Assembly (NCBI GenBank): GCA_002269645.1
Contig: NIVC01000374.1
Location: 372,001-436,000, forward strand
DNA length: 64,000 nucleotides
Reading direction: 5' to 3'
From: Macrostomum lignano
Lineage: Eukaryota
Positions 1-12,580 of the stretch are shown in pieces. The notes under the pieces were generated by a model. It was given only the letters and a program-made list of their open reading frames with translations. It was not told the origin of the DNA and searched no databases. The translations under genes and the position numbers were made by a program. Within the stretch, counting starts at the first letter, position 1; the number at the start of each line of letters is the position of its first letter.

Positions 1-1054
1 AGCTCTGAATTCGCTAGCGACGATAACGGCAAAAAACGTTCATCCGACAAGATTACACATCAACCATCGACAAGGTCACAGCAATGATAACGAAGACAGT
101 CGCCTAACGGACAATTTCGCAGATAATTGCACAGACAAATATGCAGCTGCAACTGAATTGAGCGCCGAAAAAAACCTCTTGTCTGCTCCATTTTCGGAGA
201 TATGATATCAGACAGCCCTCTCCTGTAATCAGCGATAATTTTCGAGTAAATTAGCACGCAACAGCGACTCTTGACAGATGATTCTAATCCATTCATTCTA
301 GACCCCTCGGAATTGGATGAAAGAACTAATAAAGGCCAAAGTTAACTGGATTCGTGACTCTTCTTTTAAAGACCGTCCTTAGGTCCACTTTTTTATTGAC
401 GAGCATCTTTAAAATATGACTGCCTGTGTATCTTTGGTTGGGAAACAGACCCGATGGGAAGTTTGTTTTTCGGCAAGAGGCGCAAATACAGTCTGCAGCT
501 GTCGAATAGTTCTCGATAGTTTTTTTTCTCTATGCATCTACTCCATTAGCGGCTGCTCCGGCTTCACCTGCTGTGAGATTGAATCGGAGAGCTTTAGTTT
601 GAGCAGCTTTGACAGCTGCTGCGCCGTATCGTGATTTAGCTAGCTCTATTCGCTATCAACTGTCGGATAGGGGATAGATTATGCGACGGAGATGCTGTAT
701 TTTCCTGATCATCTCCGGCTCTGTCATGCAGTTATCTTTAATCTGTGAATTTGGAAAAGAGAACCTGTAGCTAATTTTAGTGCAAAAAAAGAACTACAGA
801 AACTTTTTTGATACGAGTGGGTCGTACACTGCAGGAATGCAAGAATCTGCCAAGGGTTACTTGCCAAGGGCATTTTATAGATTTTGCTTGTTGAATAAGT
901 CTATATTTAGATAGCGGAAATATCTTTCATTCATAAATGTAGAATGAGGTTCTATACGTCCAGAACGTGTCTTCGATACGTGCTATCCAATGTAGGTGCT
1001 ATATCTCAGATCTCTATCGATTGAAGATTGAAAATTGAAGGACCACGTACTGTA

Positions 1055-1300
1055 CACCTTTTCACGTTTAATTTTGATCAAGGTCCAGTTCTAAAAAAAC
1101 TAGTGGAAATTCAATTCAGGCGATTCAGACTGGGGACAATTTTGTCTATGGCTAAATCTTGCTTCGGTGGCAGAATGTTTTGAACAGGGGTTTGTTTCTA
1201 TTGATTTTCCATAAGCGTTGCCCCAGTTTTAATTGTCTGAATTGAATTTCCGCTAGTTTTTTAGAACTGGACTTTGATCAAAATTGAACGCGAAAAGGTG
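1055..1300. mobile_element. Non-autonomous DNA transposon (MITE) with long imperfect TIRs, TA-flanked (Tc1/mariner-like)
   Basis: Left arm CACCTTTTCACGTTTAATTTTGATCAAGGTCCAGTTCTAAAAAAACTAGTGGAAATTCAATTCAG mirrors the right arm CTGAATTGAATTTCCGCTAGTTTTTTAGAACTGGACTTTGATCAAAATTGAACGCGAAAAGGTG. TA lies on both sides and there is no ORF. Confidence 0.75.
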
Positions 1301-1304
1301 TAGT

Positions 1305-1570
1305 ACAACAGGACGTAAAACTCAATGATTGTGAATTTTTGAAGGCCAATTTCCTGGGAAAAAACACACTGCGGAGATAGGAAAAATTCTTTATTCATCA
1401 CAAAATCAATGATTGCATTTGATCTGGGGGGTCAATACCATTCCTTTAAATTTAGAACGTTGTAAATAAGCTGTAAATACTCACAAGAAAAATATTTGTT
1501 TAGTTCATTCTTCTATAAAGTATATCTGTAATAAAATTGTCGCGTGCAGGTACACTCTTAAGCCATTATT
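1305..1570 (+). repeat. Dispersed repeat copy, homologous to the termini of the 21612-22415 element
   Basis: TTTCCTGG..AAAA..ACACTGCGGAGATAGG..TTCATCACAAAATCAATGATTGCATTTGATCTGGG recurs at about 21655 (+) and about 22280-22375 (-). Confidence 0.6.
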
Positions 1571-4165
1571 GAAGGTGTTTACCAATATCATTTTTCATAT
1601 TTTGCTGACCTAATGTCTAGAAAGCTATCAACTCGCAAACAGTACACTTTGGCAGTACTTTACTGCCAGTACTAGGATGGTCATTCAACTGAATGTAGCC
1701 CAGAATTATCTTTTGCCAAATTTGTATGGCAAAAATTTTGTTTTTTTTCTTCACAAAAGGAGACAATGCAGGGAGTAAAAAGTTTTAGACAAGCCCTTAT
1801 TATCTAAATTAGGGAAGGGAAGAAATGATTACAGATGTTCCAGAGCAGCGGCAGGGTCCTATTTAGAAGGATAATTGCAGTTCTTTTTACTTCAACACCT
1901 GCGCTGCGCAGGGCTACAAATATTTCATGAAAATGGCTCTCGCCTGCCTACTATGGAAATCCTTATTAAGAAAAAGCTACTTCTGTCAGGAAAATACCTG
2001 CTTCCATAACTAAATAATTACTGGGGGGGGGGGGTATTGAAAACTTTTCTGAAGAATCTGCAGATTGAATAGCTAAAAGTCTCGCGACTGAATAAAAATG
2101 AGAGGGTGTCTCATTTTGATGCCTAGAAATTCCATGCACGAGAATTGGGAAAATTCCTTAACAGAAGGGTCAAGTTGTAAATCATTTCAAATAGAAGCCT
2201 GGACTTGACTGGGAGAGCGCGGTAATGAGGCTTGCAGCCCTTATGGATTATTTATAAGTAGTCCGACCACACTTTGGAGAAGTAAGAGCCATTATAATTT
2301 ATTATAATGCCCGAAATTTTGGCGTATTTATTATTCGTTTCAATTCAATGCAGGGAAAACCTGTATATTTCTTATTAAATTTTCAATACCAAAGCGCAGA
2401 CACGTATGCAGAAAGTCGACTGCTAAAAGTTTGAAGGTGGAGTGTAGGGACGAAGCCAAAGGTTAGAAAAATAGCAAAATATAGACTTTCATGATTCAGC
2501 AGTAACAGAGTGTATTAACAAAATCAGCAGCATATTCTCTAGACGAAGCCACGAACTGAGCAGAACGAGTGCAACAAAACAATTGAATGATCTGCAAGAG
2601 AACAGAGTCGAAAATACAAATGTTTCTCTTGTCTTTGTCTTGTTTAAAAAACGTATTCAATCATCTTTCTGCATCCGCTTAAAATTCGATACGTTAGATG
2701 CTACTCGTCAATTCGTCAGAGTAGTAGTGTGTCTGCAACTATTGAGACAACCTGTTCAAATATAGAGCAGAACTACCACATTCTACATAGCTCAACGGAA
2801 AGTCCATCGAAAGTTTCAACAAATAACAAAAATGTTTCGGCGGCACAAAATTTAAAGTTTGAAAATCATTCCTTTACAGGAATTATACCATATCCGAAAG
2901 CAAAAAATACCGAAGAAAGCAAAGCAGAGAGACAATATTCTGTTGATATTTGATGCAGGCTACTATATGTTATTTTTTATCCAGCATTTACTAATAAATA
3001 AATATCACGAAGCCTTTCGCTACCACTAAACTCTATCAATACATGTTCCAGTGCACGGCGAAACCGGACGGAAAGATATGCGGGTCTAAATTCAGTCAGA
3101 GTAAAAATGGAGAAAACAAGGAAAACAGTTTAGCTTACTTAGTTACAATCTAAATCTCCTAGTCTTAATTCAACGATAGATTTAAAAGTACACACACACA
3201 TACCATGTCATGAAAAACTTTTACTATGTTTTGTTTATCAGGGCACAAAAATTAGATAGCGTATGTTATCTAAATCAAGCGGCCAGCTATGGTATGGGGC
3301 AGAGGAGTGAGTTTGAGCAAAAAATCGATAACCTACAACCACTCCAAATACGAGCTTCGGCGCCGATAAACCAGGAGGGTAGGGTAGGGTATGGATGAGG
3401 GGTGTGGGCAGAGCCGCAAGGGCACACAGAAAATCGATAACACGCGGCGTCAATACCTGGGGGTAGAAAGCGGGGATAAGGGAGCGACTGGGGCCAGTCA
3501 AAAAATCGATAAGCCTGGCTACGCTTCACAGAAGAGAGCCGAAGGGCTTGGATCGGATGTAAACAGTGGTTAAAGCAAGGTCACATGACCGTGCTAAAAG
3601 TTCTGTGACACCCAGATAGCAAGAAAGTGGGTTGAACAGTGATTAGGTGTTCCATTGTTGGACGGCTAAAGTTGTGCGATTTAGAGTTTTATTTCAGCGA
3701 TCCCCAACCCAACTAGCTACTCGTACTTTTCAACAAGCGTGTGTTTTCAAACTTTATTTGGTCGTATTAATTTAAAGGTTGCTGGTCAAAATGGCTTAAT
3801 ATTCGGACCATAAGGGCATGACAGTTGGTATTGGTATAAATATTTAGCAGCAGGTTAAAAGTGGCCACTGGTTGCTGTAAGAAATTTTAATTTAAATTTA
3901 CATTAACCAGATGAGTAGCCACAGTTAACGGACGCTAAATATTAAATACAGCTGATTATTTTAACTGAATATTTTTAGGTACGTTGTCGCAGTAAGTAAT
4001 TGATCAAAGTCGTCAACATGTTTTATCAAAATTTTGGTGGTCCAGGTAAATAAAATATTGTCAGCCGTCTTCTAGACATATATGCGGTAGAGAAAATGTT
4101 TTTTAAATCTAGTCACGTGATCTAGCCAGACTGACGAATTTATCGCAGTCAAGCGACCTTGGCAA

Positions 4166-4430
4166 TCACGTGAGGTAGCGGCTGCCAGGCACGTAGTAGC
4201 TCTCGCACCAGACGTTAGTTTCGCCGCTGTTATTCAACCGCCTTTTACATTGCTTGCAGCGCCTGTGGTTGTCGCACTGCTCGTGAATTAGGCCGCCTGG
4301 CGATGAGGCGCGCATCTTCTCTGCTAGCTCCCTGTCGCGCTTGATCTGCGCAGCCTGGCTCCAGTCGTCCTCCAGACCCTTCCGGTTGCGCTGCATCCGA
4401 TCGAATCGCCAGGCTCGATCGCGCACGAGA
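4166..4430 (-). CDS. CCDC81: CCDC81 terminal exon (11)
   Basis: Acceptor catcgcag|. Encodes LVRDRAWRFDRMQ...HEQCDNHRRCKQCKRRLNNSGETNVWCESYYVPGSRYLT*, matching the recalled CCDC81 C-terminus (RRCKQCQRR..N.GESN.W....PGSR). Confidence 0.88.
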
Positions 4431-4807
4431 CTGCGATGGTGATATTTTTGGGATGGAATGACAGCCTTTGGTTTCTTTGATAAATTAATATGATGGTGTA
4501 ATGGAAATTGGACACTTGAGCACGTCGCAAATTTCACACCCACGAGGGCCAACCCCGTGTGAGTGCATGCGTGCCATCTATATGCCTACTCATTCAGGGA
4601 TCAGCAGAATGAGCATACGCATAAAAACTATATAAGACTTATGTACTACTAAATCGTCACCGGCTACGAGTCGACTGCCACCTTGGTTTGCGTCATCGCC
4701 CACCAAAACCTGCTGCCGCTGACTGACTGTCTTGGCATAGCTGCGCAGGGGGGGGGGGCTGAGGTATGAGCTGCTAAACCAAGCAGATAATACTAATGAG
4801 CACTTAC

Positions 4808-5034
4808 TCTTCTCGAGTCCTACGCAGCACCTCCTCCTCGTATTTCTGCTCCTGCAGCCGGCGTAGCAATTCTTCCCGGTTCTTAGCGTTGACGTCGTCA
4901 AGCTGGGAGACTGCCACCTCCTTGGCGCGTCGTCGGCGCTCCAGCAGCTTCTCCTCGGTGACGTCGTTGCGACCGAACACCGGCTCGGACGAGTCGGGCT
5001 CGCGTGGCGGCAGCGGCACCGGCTTGTAGCGCAG
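4808..5034 (-). CDS. CCDC81: CCDC81 exon 10 (coiled coil)
   Basis: cacttcag|CTG acceptor and GA|gtaagt donor. LRYKPVPLPPREPD...EEVLRRTREE stays in frame with both neighbours. Confidence 0.85.
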
Positions 5035-5200
5035 CTGAAGTGTTCGATTCAAGGGATTTCACTGATTTTCAACAGCTTTATTTTTCGAAACACTTTTACT
5101 GGCGAATCGTTGTCTCAAGCTGCAGACAAATTCAAAGACAACCTCAAAACTTGCAAAAATTTACCTTAAATCGGACAGATCAACGTCACTGACAGAAGAC

Positions 5201-5673
5201 TAGGGATATGCCAAGGATTCCGGGATCCCGAAATCCCTGGATTGGGCTCAAATCCCGGGATCGGGAGTGCCGAATCCCGGGACAAATTTTTTTTATTATT
5301 TTACAAAAGTGTTGTAATATGAAAATAATTGGGCCCACAACTAGTTTATTATACTGCGCTAATTTCCGTTAATTGCCTCACGTCGCGTGGCGCCTTTTTA
5401 AACCCCGCATCACGGATTTAAATGTGAAATTTATTCCAATGTGAATTTTGATATTTGATTTGCTTACTTATTAGTACTTTTTACTACTGACTTAAATACG
5501 TCACAAGAAAATTATTTTTTCATCTACAAATAGATCATTAGCTCCATAACAATCAAAAATGGAAGCAAAAAAGGTTTAGCGCATATTTTGCCTAAAAATT
5601 TTAACCCAGAAGCTTTAAAATCTGTATTTTTCTGATCCCGGGATCGCAAAAAACCGGGATTTTGCAATCCCTA
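5201..5673. mobile_element. hAT-superfamily MITE in a CCDC81 intron
   Basis: Termini TAGGGAT...ATCCCTA, perfect 8-bp TSD CAGAAGAC (5193-5200 and 5674-5681), and subterminal ATCCCGGGAT repeats at both ends. Confidence 0.88.
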
Positions 5674-5867
5674 CAGAAGACAGAACCAACCTCAAACAAC
5701 ACTGGCAAAACCAACAACCTTAACAACGATCAAAGCTATTACAAAAACCAGAGAGACCAAATAAACTCCAAAGTGACGGAAACTATCCAAACTACAAAAG
5801 TTCTCAACAACTCGTTACTGTACTCGTAAATACGAGCTCGTATCAGTCCATGCAGAAAAATTCTTAC

Positions 5868-6224
5868 CTGAGCAGACAAAGCCCTCTTGTACATCTCTTT
5901 CTGCTCCTCGCGATCCTTCAAGAACTGTTCCCTCTGGGCGGCAAGGTCCTCAGCCAGCTGCACCTGCTCCAGCCGCTCAAGGAATGCTTCATCAGCCCTC
6001 ACTCGATCGTGCGTCGACTTCTTGTCCGTCACCTGACGCTCCAACTCGGCGTTTAGCGCCATCTGTTTAATCCGACGCGGAGGAGTCAGTGGCCTGGCCT
6101 GAAATATGTACGACGGCCGGTTGTCGGGATCGCGCTGACCGCGGCTGTCCTTCTGCGCCTCGGCGATGCCCAAGTTGAAGGCCGACACTTTCTGGGCGTC
6201 GTGTCGTTTGGCCAAGAGCGACTC
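5868..6224 (-). CDS. CCDC81: CCDC81 exon 9
   Basis: ttccaccag|GAG acceptor and CAG|gtaaga donor, phase 0/0. ESLLAKRHDAQKVSAFNLGIAEA...YKRALSAQ is coiled-coil-like. Confidence 0.85.
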
Positions 6225-6442
6225 CTGGTGGAAAAGACGTGAAAAGAAATCAGGTTGCACGTTAATTTGGGTATTTTGAAGGAATCCTTAGGGAATATGA
6301 AAGCATCAGTTGAAGTTTGGGAAATAAATTAGGAATCATCCGTAGAGAATGACTTGTTGGAAAGAGTGTAGGGTGATTTGTAAGAAATCAGGGAGAGACG
6401 TAAAAGTACAAGGAGGTGGGAAAAGTGCAGATAGTTGCTGAC

Positions 6443-6557
6443 CTGCTCTTTGAGAATTCGCTCCTTGTCACGCATCTCATTATAAGCGTGCAGCAGCTGG
6501 TCTTCTTCCTTCTCGCGTCGTTTCAATTCCTCGGCAAACGAGACGGGGATATTGCGC
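6443..6557 (-). CDS. CCDC81: CCDC81 exon 8
   Basis: ccgttgcag|G acceptor and CAG|gtcagc donor. RNIPVSFAEELKRREKEEDQLL follows the CYVCHQRAR motif, as in the CCDC81 CYLC.QRA.RN segment. Confidence 0.85.
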
Positions 6558-6779
6558 CTGCAACGGGAAAGAAAGAGTTTCACATTTGCTTGTCATGGAC
6601 ACGAAATTCAAAGCGACGTACAGTCTCTGTGTGCCTCTGGGGTTGGGCCTCATGAGGGTGTGAATCCCCCCAGACCTGGGAGTGGTGGCCTGATCTGATA
6701 ACGTTTTGAACTTTGAACTGATTCAAACGAGGCAATGGTAAGCATGCCCTAAGATCCCTTAGACTGTAAGTTCTCTTAC

Positions 6780-7287
6780 CTGGCTCGTTGGTGGCACACA
6801 TAGCAGAGCTCCTGACCAGCTCCTGCGTGACCGCACGATGAAGCAGTGCTCGGCGGCCTCTGAGACTGCTGCAGCAGCTCCTGCTGCTGCTGCAGGCGGG
6901 TTGTGGATGGCGGCCTTGGCGGCGGTAGCTGCCTCTGCGGAGGTGTCGGCGGCGGCAACGACGAACCGGGTGGTTCGGGCCTCTTGAAGTCGGCCTCTTC
7001 GACTTCGAATTCCCTACCGCCGTTTTTGTTCTCCTTGTCGGCTTCGGCGTCCGCGTCAGCGACAGCCGCTGCGGCGGCGGCAGCGTCGGCAGCTTCGGCC
7101 TCGACCTCGGCGTCGCCGTATCGAAGGTCCAGACGGTCGGCAGTCCGTCTGGCTGTTACTGTCACCGGGTCGTAGGTAAAATCGGTTACCATGGCGACTG
7201 GCAGAGCCGATTGGCGTCCGGTTGATAGGCGCTCGGTTCGAGGTCGCTGATCCGCCTCAGGGGCCGAGTCATCGAAGCCGAGGGACT
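6780..7287 (-). CDS. CCDC81: CCDC81 exon 7 (Ala/Pro/Gln-rich, ends SCGHAGAGQELCYVCHQRA)
   Basis: AG|gtaaga donor at 6780. Acceptor caaacag|AG chosen for phase 1. Long open frame with GC-ending codons. Confidence 0.75.
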
Positions 7288-7469
7288 CTGTTTGATTGGT
7301 TGGGTTGATTGACTGATGCACCGATTTATGATCAAAACTAAACATGAAAGTGGATTAATTTAATTTTTGATTTGATCAATGAGCTCTTTATTGGTTGCTC
7401 GATGATAGCAATATTGAGGAATGACCGTTTCTCCCCTCGTCTCTTCTCCCAGAGTCTGTCTTATCTCAC

Positions 7470-7919
7470 CGGCCAAAGCTCTTTTCTGCAACGCCGTTTC
7501 CAATCGACTTGGCAATTTAGGCAGCAACGATTGTTTCAATTTCTGCTTCTGCTGCAGCTGCTGCTTCTGCTTCATCAGCGGCAGCTTTCGACGCTCAGCT
7601 GGTCGTTGAAGCGATGCAATCGACGAGCGACCCGCAGAAGCAGCCGCCGCCGCTTCCAAGCTGACTTCGTCGCAACATTTCGCCACTTTAGGCGTTGACA
7701 ATCGAAGAAGCTGCGGCTGCTGCTGCTGCATCGGTTGCTCCCGGTGTTGCTCACAGAATATTCTGTGGTGTTGCTTTTGCTGTGCCTGCGGTTGCCGATG
7801 CAGTAACTCCGCGGGCACGTGAAACTGGCGCCCGTTGTGGTCGCGAATCATTGCGAATCCTATCGGCCGCACTGATCTCTCCGCTGCTATTTGGCCAACA
7901 CCACGGCTGGCGGAATTTG
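7470..7919 (-). CDS. CCDC81: CCDC81 probable exon 6 (Gln-rich; acceptor uncertain)
   Basis: Strong donor GCC G|gtgaga at 7470 and the open frame of ORF 7360-7962. Several phase-1 AGs are possible, so 7919 is one option. Confidence 0.5.
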
Positions 7920-8278
7920 CTAATGGTAGCATTCTTTTCCTCTGTGGAATCGGCCTTATCACTTTTGTCTATCGCAGAACTATCGTCTAGTAAGGAATTC
8001 TTCACTATTATATAGTCCCATACTGTAAATGAATGAACCAGCAAGCCAGCGTTTCGTTGCTGAAATCTGGTTGCCAATAGCAACGCACTCGCCGCGCCCG
8101 CGCGCGCGCACGGCGGTATCCAAATTTTAATAAATAATTCAACGTGAAAGTAGCCACAGACTTACGCCAAGGAGGCCAATGATTCGGGAGAACGGACTCT
8201 TAAGAAAAGTTGAATGAATTGGCTGAGAGCGGAAAAGTCAGCGAAGGATCGGATCTCTTGGAGCCTATATGTACTCAC

Positions 8279-8426
8279 CGGGATCCAAGCCGTCCCGCCT
8301 GTCAGTATGGACTCCCGCACACTCGCCTGGCACGCATTCGTCCTCATTGATTGGGGCCAGGCCGTTGGGACCGCGGCTTGGCAGCCTGCGGGCGGGGGCA
8401 GTGGTGAGTACTCCGTCTGTCTTAGT

Positions 8427-8436
<10 letters not shown>
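8279..8436 (-). CDS. CCDC81: CCDC81 probable exon 5 (acceptor inside a GACA microsatellite)
   Basis: Donor CCC G|gtgagt at 8279. The frame [33 protein letters not shown] has C/G-ending codon bias and needs a phase-2 AG, found at cacacag|A (8436). Confidence 0.55.
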
Positions 8437-8914
<478 letters not shown>

Positions 8915-9428
8915 TTCACATAACATAAGCATAGCAGCAGATGTACTGCAGTGACGCACTAGTGAGACAATAACATGGCAAACCACAAGCAATACTGGTA
9001 ATGGATAGTATTGTATAAATAAGAAACTCTCAATATCATCACAGAAATTCCGATCAAAGTGAAGCAAAAATTTTATACAAGTCATGGGTTCGGATTGATT
9101 GTGCGATAGCTTTGAAAGCCGAATAAACGCAAAGATAAGTGCCTGACACAGTTGTGAATTTGCCATAACAGTATTATCTATAAGCCGCTCCTTGAGTCAA
9201 CTCACGAATCGAGGCAGCCATTGAAAATCTAAGCTCGCATCCAAAATGCTAGCCTTTTTTCTCTGAAGAACAGAGGACTGAGAAAATTTCGACGTAAAAT
9301 TAAATATTAAGATACATTTTTTCGCAGAGACTACTGATTAGTAACACACTTAGGAAACTACTCTTAATATGTATAAATTATCAATTATGAAAGGATTGAT
9401 TTTGAGTAATCAATCAACTAATACTCAC

Positions 9429-9499
9429 TTTGGCAGGGCGACGCTGAAGGCCCTGGAGGCTGGTCGATCGGACATGACGGAGTCCGCCGTGCCGGGTCT
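9429..9499 (-). CDS. CCDC81: CCDC81 exon 4
   Basis: cttttcag|AGA acceptor and AA|gtgagt donor. RPGTADSVMSDRPAS matches the recalled CCDC81 RPGTVDSV. Confidence 0.85.
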
Positions 9500-9639
9500 C
9501 TGAAAAGATCAGATTCAAATGGTTATGCCATTCAATTTATTCAAGGCTTGTGTGGAACTAAAATAACCGCTGCGATGAAGGGGCATATATCAGACGGCGC
9601 CAGAACCAGCAGCAAAGCTGTTGTTAGGAGGGCACAAAA

Positions 9640-10870
9640 GCTACGTTGAGGGGTCGCGCCAAAGCTACCGTGAGGAGGCGCCAAAGCTACCTTGAGGGGC
9701 ACCAAAGCTGCCTTGAGGAGGCGCCAAAGCTATCTTGAGGGGGCGCCAAAGCTAGCTTGAGGAGGCGCCAAAGCTACTGTGAGGAGGCGCCAAAGCTACC
9801 TTGAGGAGGCGCCAAAGCTACCTTGAGGGGGCGCCAAATCTACCGTGAGGAGGCGCCAAAGCTACCTTGAGGGGCACCAAAGCTGCCTTGAGGAGGCGCC
9901 AAAGCTATCTTGAGGGGGCGCCAAAGCTAGCTTGAGGAGGCGCCAAAGCTACTGTGAGGAGGCGCCAAAGCTACCTTGAGGAGGCGCCAAAGCTACCTTG
10001 AGGGGGCGCCAAATCTACCGTGAGGAGGCGCCAAAGCTACCTTGAGGGGGCGCCAAAGCTACCTTGAGGGGGCGCCAAATCTACCGTGAGGAGGCGCCAA
10101 AGCTACCTTGAGGGGGCGCCAAAGCTATCTTGAGGGGGCGCCAAAGCTACCTTGAGGGGGCGCCAAATCTACCGTGAGGAAGCGCCAAAGCTGCCTTGAG
10201 GAGGCGCCAAAGCTATCTTGAGGGGGCGCCAAAGCTAGCTTGAGGAGGCGCCAAAGCTACTGTGAGGAGGCGCCAAAGCTACTGTGAGGAGGCGCCAAAG
10301 CTACCTTGAGGAGGCGCCAAAGCTACCTTGAGGGGGCGCCAAATCTACCGTGAGGAGGCGCCAAATCTACCTTGAGGAGGCGCCAAAGCTACCTTGAGGG
10401 GGCGCCAAATCTACCGTGAGGAGGCGCCAAAGCTACCGTGAGGAGGCGCCAAAGCTACCTTGAGGGGGCGCCAAAGCTACCTTGAGGGGGCGCCAAATCT
10501 ACCGTGAGGAGGCGCCAAAGCTACCTTGAGGGGGCGCCAAAGCTACTGTGAGGAGGCGCCAAAGCTACTGTGAGGAGGCGCCAAAGCTACCGTGAGGGGG
10601 CGCCAAAGCTACCTTGAGGGGGCGCCAAAGCTACTGTGAGGAGGCGCCAAAGCTACTGTGAGGAGGCGCCAAAGCTACCTTGAGGGGGCGCCAAAGCTAC
10701 CTTGAGGGGGCGCCAAAGCTACCGTGAGGGGGTGCCAAAGCTACCTTGAGGGGGCGCCAAAGCTACCGTGAGGGGGCGCCAAAGCTACCTTGAGGGGGCG
10801 CCAAAGCTACCGTGAGGGGGCGCCAAAGCTAGCTTGAGGGGGCGCCAAAGTTACCGTAAGGAGGCACGGA
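9640..10870. repeat. 22-bp minisatellite (GAGGRGGCGCCAAAGCTACCTT), about 55 copies
   Basis: Direct tandem copies with a few variant units, filling CCDC81 intron 3. Confidence 0.96.
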
Positions 10871-10926
10871 AGCTACCGTGATTTTAAGCTATTAATTCAA
10901 CTTGGGTATAAAAATGTGTTTCGCAC

Positions 10927-11346
10927 CTGCTGCAGCGCCCGAACAACAGTGCCGCTTCGATCCAAGCTATTAACAAAGTCTTTATAGAATTTGAATTTCA
11001 CTCCGCCGCAACGGATCTGCAGGCGGCCAACTCCGCAGAAGACCAGCTCAACGTTGCGCTGCATAGCGATGGACCTGTTCAGAGCGCCGAGAGTCTCGCG
11101 AACGCAAGTCTCAATTTTGTCGCGATCGAAATGTCCAGAAGATTCAACGGACAGAGCGGCATAGTTGAGCTGCACCACGGGCACCGAACCGGTCACGTGA
11201 TACTTAGTCTGGGCGAGGCCGTGCGTCTGACAGATGCGCTCGAATAGCTGAAACACTGGCCGCTGGATGAGCAGGTACTTGGCATTGCCAACGTCCAGCT
11301 TCTTTTGGACGAACGAGAATGTACCGAAGTTGGGAATGTGTACACC
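10927..11346 (-). CDS. CCDC81: CCDC81 exon 3 (HU-like domains)
   Basis: tcttccag|GGT acceptor and CAG|gtgcga donor, 140 codons. GVHIPNFGTFSF..LIQRPVF..FDRDKIETCVRETL..QRNVELVFCGVGRLQIR..KFYKDF matches the CCDC81 N-terminal HU domains. Confidence 0.92.
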
Positions 11347-11430
11347 CTGGAAGATTGACGGAACATGGGCAGATAAGCTAAGCTGTTGTTCGAATAGAAG
11401 AACTAGATTAGAATGACACAAATAACTCAC

Positions 11431-11492
11431 CTTTTGATTTTGCAAATTCTTCTCGATAAATCTGGAGACCGCCTCCCAGATGTGAAATAGAT
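11431..11492 (-). CDS. CCDC81: CCDC81 exon 2
   Basis: tattttag|AT acceptor and AAG|gtgagt donor. Encodes DLFHIWEAVSRFIEKNLQNQK (cf. IW.SVSRFIEKQL). Confidence 0.88.
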
Positions 11493-12376
11493 CTAAAATA
11501 GTAGCAACAAATATCATTTTGCTTTTTTTCGTTCTCTTTTTAAATATATATACAAAAAGTAATTTTTGTACGAGTAAACGATACTTTGTTGTTTATTAAA
11601 AATGAAATAAGTTATAATCATATTTTGCATAAAAAGTCTCTAACTCTATTACTATAAATATTAGCTTAAAGGATAGTTTTACATAATTTTCAGAATCCCA
11701 GTATTTTTATAACAAAAGAACGATGTGGATTGAGAAAGTGACTGCATCCAATTTTCATTTATATATGATATTCGGCATCGGCATAATATGTTTAATTTTA
11801 GTTCGTTTGCATTTTATTACCTGCATAGTTTACCTGTAAAGAATAGGAAAATACTTATATGAAAATAAAATTATACTAGAAATTTTTAGTTAAAAAAGTT
11901 GAAAACTAAATAAAGTATACGACCCTAATTTTTGATGGATACAATGGTGGTCTATTAGTACTAAAATGTCTTTATAAGTCTTTGAAAACTAAAGTGGAAC
12001 AGAAAGTTCTGTTGGGCTTGTGAAAACATTTAAACATATTAAATTTGTCTATCGTTTCGATAAATTAAAATACTCTTTCTATGTGTCATATTTAATTAAC
12101 TTTATTTAAGTCCAAGATTTCTCGCCACTGTATTAATAACCATACACTATAAATCTAAAGAATAATACAGAATCTTTAATGTTTTTTATATTTCCCTAAT
12201 TATAACTCAACTCAACATTATAACAACTACAAATCATTTATAGTCTTTAATTTTACATAACTTATCGGCTTTTAGTGCCTTTAATATATTCCATTTCAAC
12301 GTAATTATGTATCAGATGCAACGAAATCATCCAGCTTCAAGATACGTAAACCTGAAAAAACGCTGGATCGACCTAC

Positions 12377-12458
12377 CTTCCTCTGATACTGAGGTAGCAG
12401 AAAGATCAAGCCTGCTGCTCAGTTGATTTCGCGATGTTTGTTGGTTTCCATCTGCCAT
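12377..12458 (-). CDS. CCDC81: CCDC81 exon 1 (start codon)
   Basis: ATG at 12458, MADGNQQTSRNQLSSRLDLSATSVSEE, then G|gtaggt. The phase-1 end matches exon 2. Confidence 0.75.
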
Positions 12459-12566
12459 CTTTGCTGTAATGCAGCTTTTCAGCGCATAATGTACAGTAAT
12501 GCAAAAAAATCGGATATCAATAAAATGACAAATCTGTTTAAAAATTAAACAGTGGTACCCGGCACG

Positions 12567-12580
12567 GTTACCTAGGTCTC
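12567..12580. promoter_or_regulatory. Candidate RFX X-box (one strong half-site) about 110 bp upstream of the CCDC81 ATG
   Basis: GTTACCTAGGTCTC; position upstream of a centrosome/cilium-associated gene. Confidence 0.4.

Noticed and set aside
2-205. Open + frame at the window edge (..DNEDSRLTDNFADNC..PFSEI*)
   Set aside because: It may be the last exon of an upstream gene, but no splice site, start codon or recognisable motif is visible.
9640-10870. CRISPR-like appearance of regular repeats here and elsewhere
   Set aside because: Head-to-tail units with no unique spacers, no cas genes, and a eukaryotic intronic context.
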